Origin: a virus
Strand: one strand, 5' to 3'
Virus record (IMG/VR): IMGVR_UViG_3300035698_011322
Coordinates: 10,658-74,657 of that record
DNA length: 64,000 bases
Made by a program: the position numbers and the translations under genes. This document shows positions 19,503 through 29,281 of this stretch, one piece after another; position 1 is the first letter of the stretch, and the number at the start of each line of letters is the position of its first letter. Under the pieces are notes generated by a model. The model saw nothing but the letters and a program-made list of their open reading frames with translations, did not search any database and had not been told where the DNA came from.

Positions 19503-20372
19503 TCATGCGGCCTTGTCTTTGACGGCGGTTTCAATTTCGTACAGCGCCTTGCAATACTCATAAGCCATGCAACATTTCTCGTAGTCGTCACCAGGCTCGA
19601 CTTGGCTTCTATATTTGTCTGTGGCAACGATCTTGTCCCACTCAGCCATGGTATGAAGGTTGCATCCAATTTGCAGAAATTTGTCGTAAAGTGTGACATT
19701 AAAGCTACACGTACCGATTAAATTAATGACAGTTTTAGTGATTTTCGCATCGCCGGAGACCCTCGCATCGCCGGAGACTATCGCATCACCACAGACCTTC
19801 GCATCACCACAGACCCACGCATTGCTGGAGACCCCCGCATTGCCGTAGACCCATGCATTGCCGTAAACCTTCGTATCACCACAGACCCTCGCCTTGCCGT
19901 AGACCCATGCATTGCCGTAAACCTTCGTATCACCACAGACCCACGCATTGCCGTAAACCTTCGTATTACCATAGACCCTCGCATTGCCGTAGACCCATGC
20001 ATTACCATAGACCCTCGCATTGCCGTAGACCCATGCATTGCCGTAAACCTTCGCATCACCACAGACCCACGCATTGCCGGAGACATCCACATCGCCGTAG
20101 ACCATCGCATCACCGCAGACCTCCGCATCGCCGGAGACCTTCGCATTGCCGGAGACCTTCGCATTGCCGGAGACCCTCGCATTGCCGGAGACCCACGCAT
20201 CGCCGAAGACCCACGCATCGCCGAAGACATCCAGGTTTTTACCAGATTCCACAAACCCACCCTTTTCTCTTTTTTCCACGTCTCCAAACGAGATTAGCGC
20301 CTCAATGCGGAATAAGGTTCGGCCAAGAAATGTTTTTGTTTCTTTGGTGAGTTTGTACTTTTTGTTTTTCAT
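19503..20372 (-). CDS. hexapeptide (G[ND]AxVx) repeat beta-helix protein
   Basis: About 26 hexapeptide repeats after KYKLT..LFRIEAL..GG.VES..NL; SD GAGG before ATG 20372. Confidence 0.8.
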   Translation of the reverse strand: MKNKKYKLTKETKTFLGRTLFRIEALISFGDVEKREKGGFVESGKNLDVFGDAWVFGDAWVSGNARVSGNAKVSGNAKVSGDAEVCGDAMVYGDVDVSGNAWVCGDAKVYGNAWVYGNARVYGNAWVYGNARVYGNTKVYGNAWVCGDTKVYGNAWVYGKARVCGDTKVYGNAWVYGNAGVSSNAWVCGDAKVCGDAIVSGDARVSGDAKITKTVINLIGTCSFNVTLYDKFLQIGCNLHTMAEWDKIVATDKYRSQVEPGDDYEKCCMAYEYCKALYEIETAVKDKAA

Positions 20373-20497
20373 GTTTTCCTCCTTTAAGTTAGGCAGCGAG
20401 GCTTTACCAGGGCTTGTCTCCCTGGCGTCACCCGTTGTGACTTGCCCCACCGTTGTTGCCGAAGTGCGTAAGCATTGAAGGTGGCTTCGGCAAAACA

Positions 20498-21208
20498 TTA
20501 AATCTTAATTCCAATGTTGTAAAAAACCAGTGCGAATATTGCCGCGAATGCCGCTATTTCTATTAGTATTTTTTTCATGTTCCCCCCCCTTTTCTTTACA
20601 ATCATTGATGTTAATCTACGATTATATTTATCTAATATTTTTTCGTTTATGTTAGGATCCCAATCACCCTTGGTAATGTCCCTAGTAGCATCCCAGGCAG
20701 CGTTCCAGGCAGCGGCTATGGCAGTGCCCCCGGCAGTGCCCCCGGCAGCTGCCCTGGCAGCGGCCCCGGCAGCGGCCCTGGCAGCAAGAGTGGCAGAGTA
20801 CCAGGCAGCATCCCAAGCAGCGGTCCAGGCAGCGACTCTTAATAAGTCATTGCCTGTTTTTAAATATTCGGTGACAATAGCAGGTGCCTCCCATAAGTGT
20901 ATAACGTCAAGAGCACAGCGACGAGTAAAGTCATTGAGTACATCTGTTGCATCATATCCCCACAGATATTTTCGTTTAGTAGCTGCGATTTTATCAGCAC
21001 CAATATCAAATTTTCCAGAAAGTTCTACTCGCCAGATTATCGGCCCGGGAGAATATAACAGCGCATCAATTATTCTTTGAGATCCGTGTAGCCCTTGAAG
21101 GCAAAGTCGTGGTATACAATTAACTTTGTGCATTCGGTTTTTCCGAATTTGTCGGCAATCACCATATTTAAGCTTTCTATCAAGTTGAGAAAACCACCAT
21201 ACTTTCAT
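20498..21208 (-). CDS. Ala/Trp-rich phage protein
   Basis: LC..GLHGS, AAWDAAW repeats; SD GGAGGAG before 21208. Confidence 0.65.
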   Translation of the reverse strand: MKVWWFSQLDRKLKYGDCRQIRKNRMHKVNCIPRLCLQGLHGSQRIIDALLYSPGPIIWRVELSGKFDIGADKIAATKRKYLWGYDATDVLNDFTRRCALDVIHLWEAPAIVTEYLKTGNDLLRVAAWTAAWDAAWYSATLAARAAAGAAARAAAGGTAGGTAIAAAWNAAWDATRDITKGDWDPNINEKILDKYNRRLTSMIVKKRGGNMKKILIEIAAFAAIFALVFYNIGIKI

Positions 21209-21209
21209 T

Positions 21210-21407
21210 TTATTCTCCTCCTTTAGTTGGCTCGGGTATCGGGCCAGCCCATTTGCTATTATCTGATAATCCCCAGCCGATAGTACATACATCGCCATTC
21301 AAAATCTTGACAAAAACTACCCGTGGACTGTTATTGCCTGGGTGAGATTTTGGTGGTTTTTCCCAATACCAACCCATCGTTGTTGGTTTTTCTTTTGTCC
21401 ATTTCAT
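21210..21407 (-). CDS. hypothetical protein
   Basis: MKWTKEKPT..GWYW...WAGPIPEP pattern. Confidence 0.6.
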   Translation of the reverse strand: MKWTKEKPTTMGWYWEKPPKSHPGNNSPRVVFVKILNGDVCTIGWGLSDNSKWAGPIPEPTKGGE

Positions 21408-21417
21408 TTTGTATTCC

Positions 21418-21630
21418 TTATTCTACCGTTACGGCGTCCATTACAGTTGTTAGTAAATGGGTATAGTCGCCCGTGGTGGCCTCGTCGATTACTGATGTTA
21501 TATAATCCTGATCCGCCCCGGCTGCTTTGAGTGCTCGTTTCATGGTTCCAATTATCGCAAAAGCATTTCCAGATTTTCCTTCTAAAGAAATTGTCGGTTT
21601 TGTTTTTGGTATTTCCATGTTTTCCTCCAT
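21418..21630 (-). CDS. hypothetical protein
   Basis: GNAFAIIG...GDY.HLL pattern. Confidence 0.6.
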   Translation of the reverse strand: MEENMEIPKTKPTISLEGKSGNAFAIIGTMKRALKAAGADQDYITSVIDEATTGDYTHLLTTVMDAVTVE

Positions 21631-21678
21631 TTCCCAAAAATGTTGTTCTTAATCCCTTAGTGTCAAACTTACTTGTTC

Positions 21679-21984
21679 CTAATATCCTCCATCAAACGGT
21701 TGGGTTCTCCTTGACGCCATAATCTCCGCTCTACTCTTACCTTTTTTCGGAACAGAATCCCCTCCTGTACATCCTGCAGAAAATCTATATACATCCTGCA
21801 GAACATTTAACTCTTCTTTCAAAGTTGTAATCTCGTTTGATAAAATCTTCTCTTTGAGCAAGAGCCATCTATCGGGCCATGTATCCCTGGCATCTGATTC
21901 ATATTCACTACTCAATGGTTTTTGAGCAATTATTTCATTCATCAATTCTATGATCTTTGAACTTTTCATAACCCGTCTATCCAA
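21679..21984 (-). CDS. hypothetical protein
   Basis: Co-oriented ORF. Confidence 0.45.
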   Translation of the reverse strand: MDRRVMKSSKIIELMNEIIAQKPLSSEYESDARDTWPDRWLLLKEKILSNEITTLKEELNVLQDVYRFSAGCTGGDSVPKKGKSRAEIMASRRTQPFDGGY

Positions 21985-22205
21985 GATATAGATTTTAATT
22001 CGTTATTATCATTAAGCTGAAAAGATATTTTCCCATCTTTAGGAACCTCAGGATAAAGCACCCTTATAGCATCCCAAAAGTTGTCTGAAGTTCTTTTGAC
22101 AAGAATTGCACTTTCCTGAAATGCTACTCGCGCCGCATCATGTGATTCTCTTAGTGTTTCTAAATGATCTACGTGGTCTTCTTCCACTTCAATTCTGTTT
22201 AACAT
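21966..22205 (-). CDS. hypothetical protein (MLNRIEVEE start)
   Basis: SD AGGAG; N-terminus duplicated in 22251..22487. Confidence 0.55.
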   Translation of the reverse strand: MLNRIEVEEDHVDHLETLRESHDAARVAFQESAILVKRTSDNFWDAIRVLYPEVPKDGKISFQLNDNNELKSISWIDGL

Positions 22206-22250
22206 TTTTTCTCCTTTTTTGCGAATGGGATTTGTTACGAAGCGCCCTCA

Positions 22251-22487
22251 TTATTCGTTTTCTTCTCCACCATATTTTTTGAAACAGCGAATGGCATATC
22301 CTAAAGACATAAAATAACGTGACGGTCTTACCGGATCTTTCATTAATTCCATATATACCTCTAGCAATGCTTTAAGAACCTTCTCTTTTGCCATTGCTCT
22401 TATTTGAGGTTCATCTACCCACTCGATAGTGCTATTGTCAGACCGTCCACTATGTTGGCCTTCTTCCACTTCAATTCTGTTTAACAT
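22251..22487 (-). CDS. hypothetical protein (MLNRIEVEE start)
   Basis: SD AGGAG. Confidence 0.5.
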   Translation of the reverse strand: MLNRIEVEEGQHSGRSDNSTIEWVDEPQIRAMAKEKVLKALLEVYMELMKDPVRPSRYFMSLGYAIRCFKKYGGEENE

Positions 22488-22515
22488 TTTCTACTCCTTC
22501 TTAAATTTTCAAGTA

Positions 22516-22761
22516 CTATGATAATTCCCAAAAGTGTTTATCAATTAACGCGCTAATTTTTGGTGGTAAATCTTTTTGGTTTCTGATAATATTTTCAAAT
22601 ACTTCAACGTGTGCCGCACAAAGAGCCACAACCTCCATGTCGTCCTCGTCAAATTTACAGCAGCATCCACTTCTATTTTTTCGCAGAGCAGAATCTTTCC
22701 CTGCTTGCCATCTTTTTGCAAAATCTTTAGCCATAATTTTTCTCCTCCTTAGCGCCACCAT
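22516..22761 (-). CDS. hypothetical protein
   Basis: ORF in operon. Confidence 0.5.
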   Translation of the reverse strand: MVALRRRKIMAKDFAKRWQAGKDSALRKNRSGCCCKFDEDDMEVVALCAAHVEVFENIIRNQKDLPPKISALIDKHFWELS

Positions 22762-23141
22762 TGCATAAGTTCTGGATTCTCATATATATTGCCCACTATT
22801 TGCATTTCTGGGTATGAATATCCACCTAGTGATGTAACTGGGCCAGAAAAGAAGCCAAATCCCATGTAGCATTCGTCCCACTGGCAGACATAAATAGTGC
22901 CATTTACATCAACAATATCCCCCTCGTAAATCTCTATACCTGATTTATCTTTTAGCCATATGTATTGCATGAGTGTCCAGCCGTCATCAGTCCACGGCGC
23001 AGTAAATGGGTATCCAATATCAGGATCTTTCTCACATATAAACCACACGTCTAGATCGATAATTTCTTGATAAAACATTAGATAACCATCTTTAGTATCT
23101 TTGAATGGTTCATAAATTGCTCTAAATTTAATCTTTTGCAT
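22749..23141 (-). CDS. YopX-family protein
   Basis: IKFRA...LMQY..LKDK.G.EIYEGDIV...VGNIYENPEL. Confidence 0.9.
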   Translation of the reverse strand: MQKIKFRAIYEPFKDTKDGYLMFYQEIIDLDVWFICEKDPDIGYPFTAPWTDDGWTLMQYIWLKDKSGIEIYEGDIVDVNGTIYVCQWDECYMGFGFFSGPVTSLGGYSYPEMQIVGNIYENPELMQWWR

Positions 23142-23191
23142 TTTGTGCCCTCCTTCTTTACAGGCGCAATCACAGTAAGTTTCTGCTTTTA

Positions 23192-23434
23192 TTATATTTT
23201 TCTCCGTTTGAACTTACGTTTCACCGAGTATTTCGGTTTTTCATAGTCCACAATTTTATTCGTTTTGAGAGCACACCCACCAAGTCTAGCGAATACGGAA
23301 GGATCAATATAGGCTTTACAAATAGAGTCCTCATAAACCTTATCGCATCCCGTACACATTTTTTCGTCAATAGGTTTTCTTGTCACATTCTCATTTGGAA
23401 GTACATCAATATATTTTCTTTTAGACATTTTCAC
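23192..23434 (-). CDS. small Cys-containing protein
   Basis: Directly downstream of the repeated promoter cassette. Confidence 0.55.
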   Translation of the reverse strand: MKMSKRKYIDVLPNENVTRKPIDEKMCTGCDKVYEDSICKAYIDPSVFARLGGCALKTNKIVDYEKPKYSVKRKFKRRKI

Positions 23435-23505
23435 ACTCCTTTTTGATTTCTAAGAACATTGTAACACAAAATAAAGTTTGTGTAAACCACTTTTTTAATT
23501 TCTTT
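23431..23505 (-). promoter_or_regulatory. repeated early promoter cassette (copy 2)
   Basis: Near-identical to 19031-19104; diverged third copy at ~25070-25122. Confidence 0.8.
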
Positions 23506-23524
23506 CATCTTTATTACTGTTTAA

Positions 23525-23601
23525 TGGCATGCCTGGTAGGATCAAAACCCACGACAATCTGATTAGAAGTCAGATGCTCTATTCCCTGAGATACAGCGCA
23601 T
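23525..23601 (-). tRNA. tRNA-Arg(TCT), degenerate T-loop
   Basis: TCTGA-CTTCTAA-TCAGA anticodon arm, CCA end. Confidence 0.6.
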
Positions 23602-23864
23602 TATTTATTATTTCTTTACGTAACCCTTTCCCTCACATGTTCTACAGTATTCAGTGACATCATGACCACAGAATATAGTAATTTCTCCATCGCCAAGACA
23701 ATCTTCGCATACTTTTATCGGTAAATTAAATTCTTTTTTAAGTTCCTCAATTTGTTCTACACCCATTGGTTAACCTCCAGTCAATTCAATATCTACAATG
23801 ATATCACTAATTTGCTCTAAATTATGCCTTATTACTCTTTTGTCAATTACTTCATTTAACATAG

Positions 23865-24611
23865 TCAAAAGTGCATCCTATTCATTTTATCAACACTATG
23901 AATGTTTATACGCCTTTCATCATTTTTATAACCATTACAAAGAATATAAGCAGATTTAGGTGTAGTTCTAGTAAGTCGTTCCCACTTTAGGCCATTCTTA
24001 TATCTCACAAGAACTTTAACACCCTCATAATGTTTATTCTTTCTCAGACCAAGTTTTTCAAACTGAACATCTGCAATAGTTTGTTTAACTTTGGCAATTG
24101 ATTTTCTCTGATTCTTATTAAATTCAAGTTTTTGCTGGCCTTCGTTTACTATGAATTCGTCAGCCATACCAACGATATCAAACACAACCGCATTGGTAAC
24201 AACTTTCCATAACTCATTGTTTTTAAAGTCATATATACTGAATTCGCGTTTGCCTCTATTATATCCCTTTTTTATTTCACGGATTGCAATGATAACACCA
24301 TGAAGGGTTTTTTCTTTTTTCTTGAAAATAAATCTATGGCGAATGATAGCACCGACAACGGCCTCGAATACTGAATTAGCGAAAGAACTAGCTTTCTGAT
24401 CAAAAGCAGATGTATTGAATGAACCGTCAAGAGCCAATCCCCATTTTCTGGCAAGAGTCAAAAGTGCATAAGGTCGGTCTTTATTAGCAATGACTTCACG
24501 CATTTTAGCACCTGATGCAAATTCCGAATTGGTCATATCGGGGTGAACTTGTTTAGATATTTCTCTGAATAGTGATTTATCATTCATTATACAATCTCCC
24601 CTTCCCCCCAA
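23865..24611 (-). CDS. protein with N-terminal J-domain-like HPD segment
   Basis: LFREISKQVHPDM. Confidence 0.55.
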   Translation of the reverse strand: MGGRGDCIMNDKSLFREISKQVHPDMTNSEFASGAKMREVIANKDRPYALLTLARKWGLALDGSFNTSAFDQKASSFANSVFEAVVGAIIRHRFIFKKKEKTLHGVIIAIREIKKGYNRGKREFSIYDFKNNELWKVVTNAVVFDIVGMADEFIVNEGQQKLEFNKNQRKSIAKVKQTIADVQFEKLGLRKNKHYEGVKVLVRYKNGLKWERLTRTTPKSAYILCNGYKNDERRINIHSVDKMNRMHF

Positions 24612-24802
24612 CCGCCTGACCTTACTTTAATTTTTTCGATATTACCCTCGTTACGCGGGCACAATATATTATTCATATGTTCCTTAACAAGTTTTTCGCA
24701 CTTTTCTGCCAATTTCCAACCAAGATCATATGTCCCTGTTCCATCATCCTCAATTGATGCTTCAAAAGACATATCTATATATACTGTAAATTTCTTTTTC
24801 AT
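24587..24802 (-). CDS. hypothetical protein
   Basis: Coupled ORF. Confidence 0.5.
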   Translation of the reverse strand: MKKKFTVYIDMSFEASIEDDGTGTYDLGWKLAEKCEKLVKEHMNNILCPRNEGNIEKIKVRSGGWGEGEIV

Positions 24803-25048
24803 TTAGGCCACCACCTTTGTGAGCAATCTATCAATTCTTTCATGTGTAACAGATTTACCGAAAACAGCACGACTTTGGCTGGATATTCTGCCAGACCGAA
24901 AAGCACCACCTTTACCAATAAAAATTTTAGGGTCAATGCCATCTTTTTCAAAGGTTCTGTACTTTCTGGATTTAGTCAAAATTTCCTCATATCCTCGAAG
25001 GGTTACGAATTCCACAAGTTTTTCAGATACCGTTTTTCTTTTAGCCAT
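24803..25048 (-). CDS. hypothetical basic protein
   Basis: Follows promoter cassette copy 3. Confidence 0.55.
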   Translation of the reverse strand: MAKRKTVSEKLVEFVTLRGYEEILTKSRKYRTFEKDGIDPKIFIGKGGAFRSGRISSQSRAVFGKSVTHERIDRLLTKVVA

Positions 25049-25189
25049 GATTTTCGATTCCTTTCAATTTTTTCTTGATTATAAAAATATTGTAACACAG
25101 AAAATGTTTTATGTAAACCACTTATTCTAGAGCATAAAAAATGGGGATTCTAAGGATATCCCCAAAGCCTGTCGGGTCACAGCAGACAA

Positions 25190-25317
25190 CACTGGGTGAT
25201 TTCGGTTCTAGCTTGATTTAAGTGAGTGAACCTGGCATGACCTACAATGCTCACTGGGTGATTTCGGTTCTAGCTTGATTTAAGTGAGTGAACCTGGCAT
25301 GACCTACAATGCTCACT
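25190..25317. repeat. exact 62-bp tandem duplication
   Basis: 25190-25251 is identical to 25252-25313. Confidence 0.9.
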
Positions 25318-25344
25318 ATCCGAATCCAATAATTAGGGGGTTCA

Positions 25345-25518
25345 TTACCCTATGGTAATGAACTCAAAGTCATTGAATTTCAGGTTATCGCTCATGCGAA
25401 TCATATTGCGGACGAACTTTTCAGCCTTGAAACGAGCGGAGAAAACGCGGGCTTTGGAAGTGGATTTGGAAGCTACAAGAACACGACCTTCTTTAATAAC
25501 AATAGTGGATTTTGCCAT
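25345..25518 (-). CDS. small basic early protein (57 aa)
   Basis: Own translation MAKSTIVIKEGRVLVASK...; SD AAGGAG; early promoter upstream. Confidence 0.65.
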   Translation of the reverse strand: MAKSTIVIKEGRVLVASKSTSKARVFSARFKAEKFVRNMIRMSDNLKFNDFEFITIG

Positions 25519-25599
25519 GATATAATCTCCTTTGATTTTTTATTGAACTGTTTTAATATAACCCATTGTATCGCCAATGTAAATGCCTAATGTTTTAAT

Positions 25600-25842
25600 T
25601 CATATAAAAAACAACTCTTCTTCTAATTCAAACTCATTATATAATTGAAACCTATCATCCATATATCCTTGACCAGTGCAATCCCCTTCTAATGTAATAC
25701 TATGAGGTCTAGTAGATTTAACAACTACATATGTATACTCAGAAAAAAGCCAATCCAGATGTTTAATAAAATCATCAATCCATGCCGGTCCGGTAAAACA
25801 GATATTCTGTACTACTTTATCTCCAACTTCAAATTTACTCAT
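25600..25842 (-). CDS. hypothetical protein
   Basis: MSKFEVGDKV; SD GAGG. Confidence 0.55.
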   Translation of the reverse strand: MSKFEVGDKVVQNICFTGPAWIDDFIKHLDWLFSEYTYVVVKSTRPHSITLEGDCTGQGYMDDRFQLYNEFELEEELFFI

Positions 25843-26494
25843 ATCAACCCCTCATGTAACGTTTTAATTTTGTTTTTCTCTCGACTGAAACCATACTAAC
25901 AACCTTGAACCGACTTGTAAATCATAAATAAAATTTTAAGAATAATTAAAAAATATGGCTAAATGAATGTATAACTTCTCACCTTATTTAATTCGCTTCT
26001 GAAACCATACTTTCCAATTGAAATTGGTTGTAACGTTTTGATTTTGTTTCGTTTTTGACCGTACCAACGTTGGAGTTTGTTTAAATTGTTTTTGTTTTAT
26101 TTTCCGAAGAAAATTTGGTAGGAAAATCAAGGGTTTACTAAACGTCTTAAGCCGTTTTTCAACTCTTCCAATGTTTTATGACATCGGCTACCCGAACTGT
26201 TTTAATATAATTCATTGTATCGCCAATGTAAACGCCTATGGTTTTTTCTTTAATTAACTCATAGGGTAAAAATTTAGATTCTTAAATGAAATCGGTGGTT
26301 TATATAACCAAAGTTTCGGGCAGAATCGACATCTTTGTAAAATGTTTTTAATATAATTTATTTTTCCTCTCGACTGAAACTATAATACCAAATTCCACCC
26401 ACAATGTAAATCATAAAATTATCTCCAATAAAATCAGATCCTTATATAATCCTATGGGTTTTCAAGAGAAAATCGAATCAGGATTTTACTCAAA

Positions 26495-27000
26495 ATATCG
26501 ATTCTGGGCAACTCAGGTGACGCTGGTTGGGTCAAAAAACATTTCGAATGTTATGGGTCGCGTTATGGAATCAAATATTTTCTGTGGTCTAATATCAATA
26601 TCCTTAATGATGTCAGGGTGTTATCCTATATAATTATATGCCGCAACAGTATCCTCAATGATTTCTGGGGTTTATGTGTGCAGTGTTTTACCACAGTGAC
26701 CTACCCGATGCATGCCTCATATTAGGGGCACTTATGCTCTACCTGAGGCACAGTGCCCAACTTGAGGCACAGTGCCACCTACCTGAGGCACAAAATGTGC
26801 AGTGAAATCCTGCACCTTTTATCCAATGATCTCAGGGAATTATAACGTGTCATATAATTATACATGGCAAGGCCCTGATTTTATTGGAGATATTGATAAT
26901 GGATCGATTTTCTGGTCGTGATTCCATAACGGCCCATTATATCTCTTTTGGATTTTAACCCACCAGAATTGACCTGAGTTGCTCTGAGGGTATATTTTGA
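26495..27000. repeat. degenerate inverted repeat (axis ~26745) with central TGAGGCACA direct repeats; origin/packaging-site candidate
   Basis: Four anchor pairs share one axis; gene orientation switches here. Confidence 0.75.
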
Positions 27001-27060
27001 ATGTACTTTCAGGAGGTTATGGTGATCCAAATATGCCCCAAAATTTTTAATATGAGGCGG

Positions 27061-27278
27061 TTTACATCTGAGTCAAAAATTGGTAGAATGGTTTTGTGGT
27101 TGGGAGATTTACCCCGACCCATGTGTCTCAAAAAACAAATTAATATGAGACAGTTTACAATCGAGTTAAAAATTGTTATAGTGTACGTGTTGTTCGGAAA
27201 TTGTTTTTAAAAACGGAAATGGTTTTAAAAATTGTTTGAAAATTGTTCGTTTACAAGTTAGTTCAAAGTTGTTAGAAT
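27061..27278 (+). promoter_or_regulatory. three tandem sigma70-like promoters
   Basis: TTTACA-N17-TAGAAT (27061), -TATAGT (27154), -TAGAAT (27250). Confidence 0.8.
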
Positions 27279-27284
27279 GTGTTT

Positions 27285-27945
27285 ATTGAGTGAGTAAATT
27301 GTTAAAGAAATTGTTAACTAAATAGTCTTGTAATCTTGGCCGATTGGCGGTTAATAGTCCTGTGAAGAAAAACACCTAGCGCTGGGTGCAAAGTAACAGG
27401 TTAAATTGGGATGGCTAGTTCTTCAAACCTTTAAAAACCCTTGAGTCGCGACTCAAGGAACCGATTGAAATTCAAAACAAATTGATATACTCGACAGCAA
27501 ACGTGATGGTTAGTCGCAACAAGTACTAGCTAGGCTAATAGCGGACTATATTGATCTTTGGGTTAACATTATCGGATATTAAAATCCCAAGTGGGGATAT
27601 TGTTTAGGGAATTAACCTGGTTAGATATTCCTTCTTGTAAGGTCGGTGGCGTGGCATCGAATAATAAAATAATCCACGACGCTTTAATAATGATACCCCA
27701 GTCCTACAGATAATGCTTCTGAAATAAGAGTATATGGCCGCATGGTGAAACAATATCGCTGGGGGATTTACAATTTTATTGGTTCCAGTGGATTAAATGC
27801 AACGGATTCAGACCGTTCAGCCAATAATGAATTAAACATATGATCTAAAACCCTGTATCACCTATCACCTAATAGGTGGGAAACCTACAAGCAAGAGGTA
27901 TAGAAAAGGGTATTCGTCTGTTAAAATCAGAAGAGATCATATAAA
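27285..27945 (+). ncRNA. putative large structured ncRNA (~650 nt)
   Basis: No ORF of 60 aa or more; many nested helices read by eye; begins at the predicted start site of a strong promoter. Confidence 0.6.
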
Positions 27946-28019
27946 TTTTTATTCGTGTACAATGGTAAATGATTGTGTTATTCTTAATATTATTAACTAC
28001 AGAAGGGAGTAACTCTCAA

Positions 28020-28268
28020 ATGGCAAGATATGACCGTAGTAAAGACATTGCGGTTTTTGAAAGAACGATAGGTGATGAAATCAACAAATCGCTTAAAGTG
28101 TCCGTAATGTCCTATAATGATGGAGAAAGAAAACTCCAGATTGGCCCCCGTACTTATATTAAACGCAATAGGTCCACTGGTTACGGCAAAGCAGGTCGCA
28201 TGACCCTTGATGAAGTAAAGTCAATCACAGACCTTATGCCTGAAATCGAAGGTGCAATGAACGCTTAA
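28020..28268 (+). CDS. PC4-like ssDNA/RNA-binding protein
   Basis: LKVSVMSYNDGERKLQIG.R...GRMTLDE; SD GGGAG. Confidence 0.55.
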   Translation: MARYDRSKDIAVFERTIGDEINKSLKVSVMSYNDGERKLQIGPRTYIKRNRSTGYGKAGRMTLDEVKSITDLMPEIEGAMNA

Positions 28269-28353
28269 TAATCAACAGGGCGGTGTTTTTCTGGGGACCA
28301 CAGTAGGTCCCAGCCGCCCATTAACAAGATTGTAAGAAAAAAGGGAACATGAA

Positions 28354-28722
28354 ATGAAAATAACACATGATAGATTTAATAGGACAGTGTGGGCTATTAA
28401 GAAAGACTTTACAGGAGCGCTGGCTAAGTACTTAGTAATACAATCACCGTATACCGTGCCAGAGAACCTATCAACGTGCATAGAGAAATTCGACCAGAAG
28501 CTTGACAAACTGGCATCATTTGACACCAATGGAATGGCTGAAATCTCTTTGTTGGGGTTAACCGCTAATGTAAATTCAATCCTTGAAAGCATCCCCGAAA
28601 TAATGGCTTTGAACGAGCCAAACGATGATTTTATAGACATCCTGGCGGTAGCTCAAAACATAACCTGTGCATTCGCAGAGGAAGCAGAGTCTCAATGTTA
28701 TCGGGAACACTGCATGGGCTGA
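28354..28722 (+). CDS. hypothetical protein
   Basis: 122-aa ORF with SD. Confidence 0.55.
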   Translation: MKITHDRFNRTVWAIKKDFTGALAKYLVIQSPYTVPENLSTCIEKFDQKLDKLASFDTNGMAEISLLGLTANVNSILESIPEIMALNEPNDDFIDILAVAQNITCAFAEEAESQCYREHCMG

Positions 28723-28817
28723 TCCTATTATTAACATGGGATCATATCTGGTGTAAGGCATTACCCAGTGATAACATGGGTTTAAAAGATATTATTGACT
28801 ACAATATAACAAAAGCA

Positions 28818-28868
28818 CTCGCATAGAGATCATTCTCGCATAGAGATCGTTCTCGCATAGAGATCGTT
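28818..28868. repeat. 17-bp tandem repeat x3 (CTCGCATAGAGATCRTT)
   Basis: Read directly; intergenic. Confidence 0.85.
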
Positions 28869-29077
28869 TAGTTTGAATAGTTCAGATATCTTCTTAACCA
28901 ATCCGCAAAAATCCTTGTGGTTTACATCATATCGATCATTTATTATGGTGATAATAACGCAAAAACTATAATAAGCTTGATCGAGTGTAAAGTAGAAATA
29001 AGTCGTGTTCATTTTAGCGTTATGGATAAAAGCACACTTAAAGTAAACCGGGTATGAATTTAAAAAAGGAGTGTACA

Positions 29078-29281
29078 ATGATTAAACAAGATGATATATT
29101 AGAAATTAAGTTCAGGATCAAAGAAGTTCAAGAATCATTACTTAATCTTACATGTTCTTTAGAAGAAATTGGTTTTAGAGAAAGCGATTTAGAAATAATA
29201 AATTTATCGAATACAATTGATTCACATTTTGATAGTATTAACGAAGTAATGAAGTTGAGTTTGTTTAAAAGGAAAGTTTAG
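29078..29281 (+). CDS. hypothetical protein
   Basis: SD AGGAG before MIKQDD. Confidence 0.5.
   Translation: MIKQDDILEIKFRIKEVQESLLNLTCSLEEIGFRESDLEIINLSNTIDSHFDSINEVMKLSLFKRKV

Noticed and set aside
19778-20478. Alternative-frame repeat ORFs (AMRGS..., HCRRP...)
   Set aside because: Shadows of the 18-nt periodic hexapeptide-repeat gene.
25190-25317. CRISPR array
   Set aside because: Two abutting identical units with no spacers; no cas genes in the window.
27001-27210. 69-aa ORF
   Set aside because: Runs through tandem promoter repeats and lacks an SD; probably spurious.
27285-27945. tmRNA, RNase P RNA or group I intron
   Set aside because: No tRNA-like ends or tag ORF, no RNase P P4 consensus, and no interrupted exon around it.
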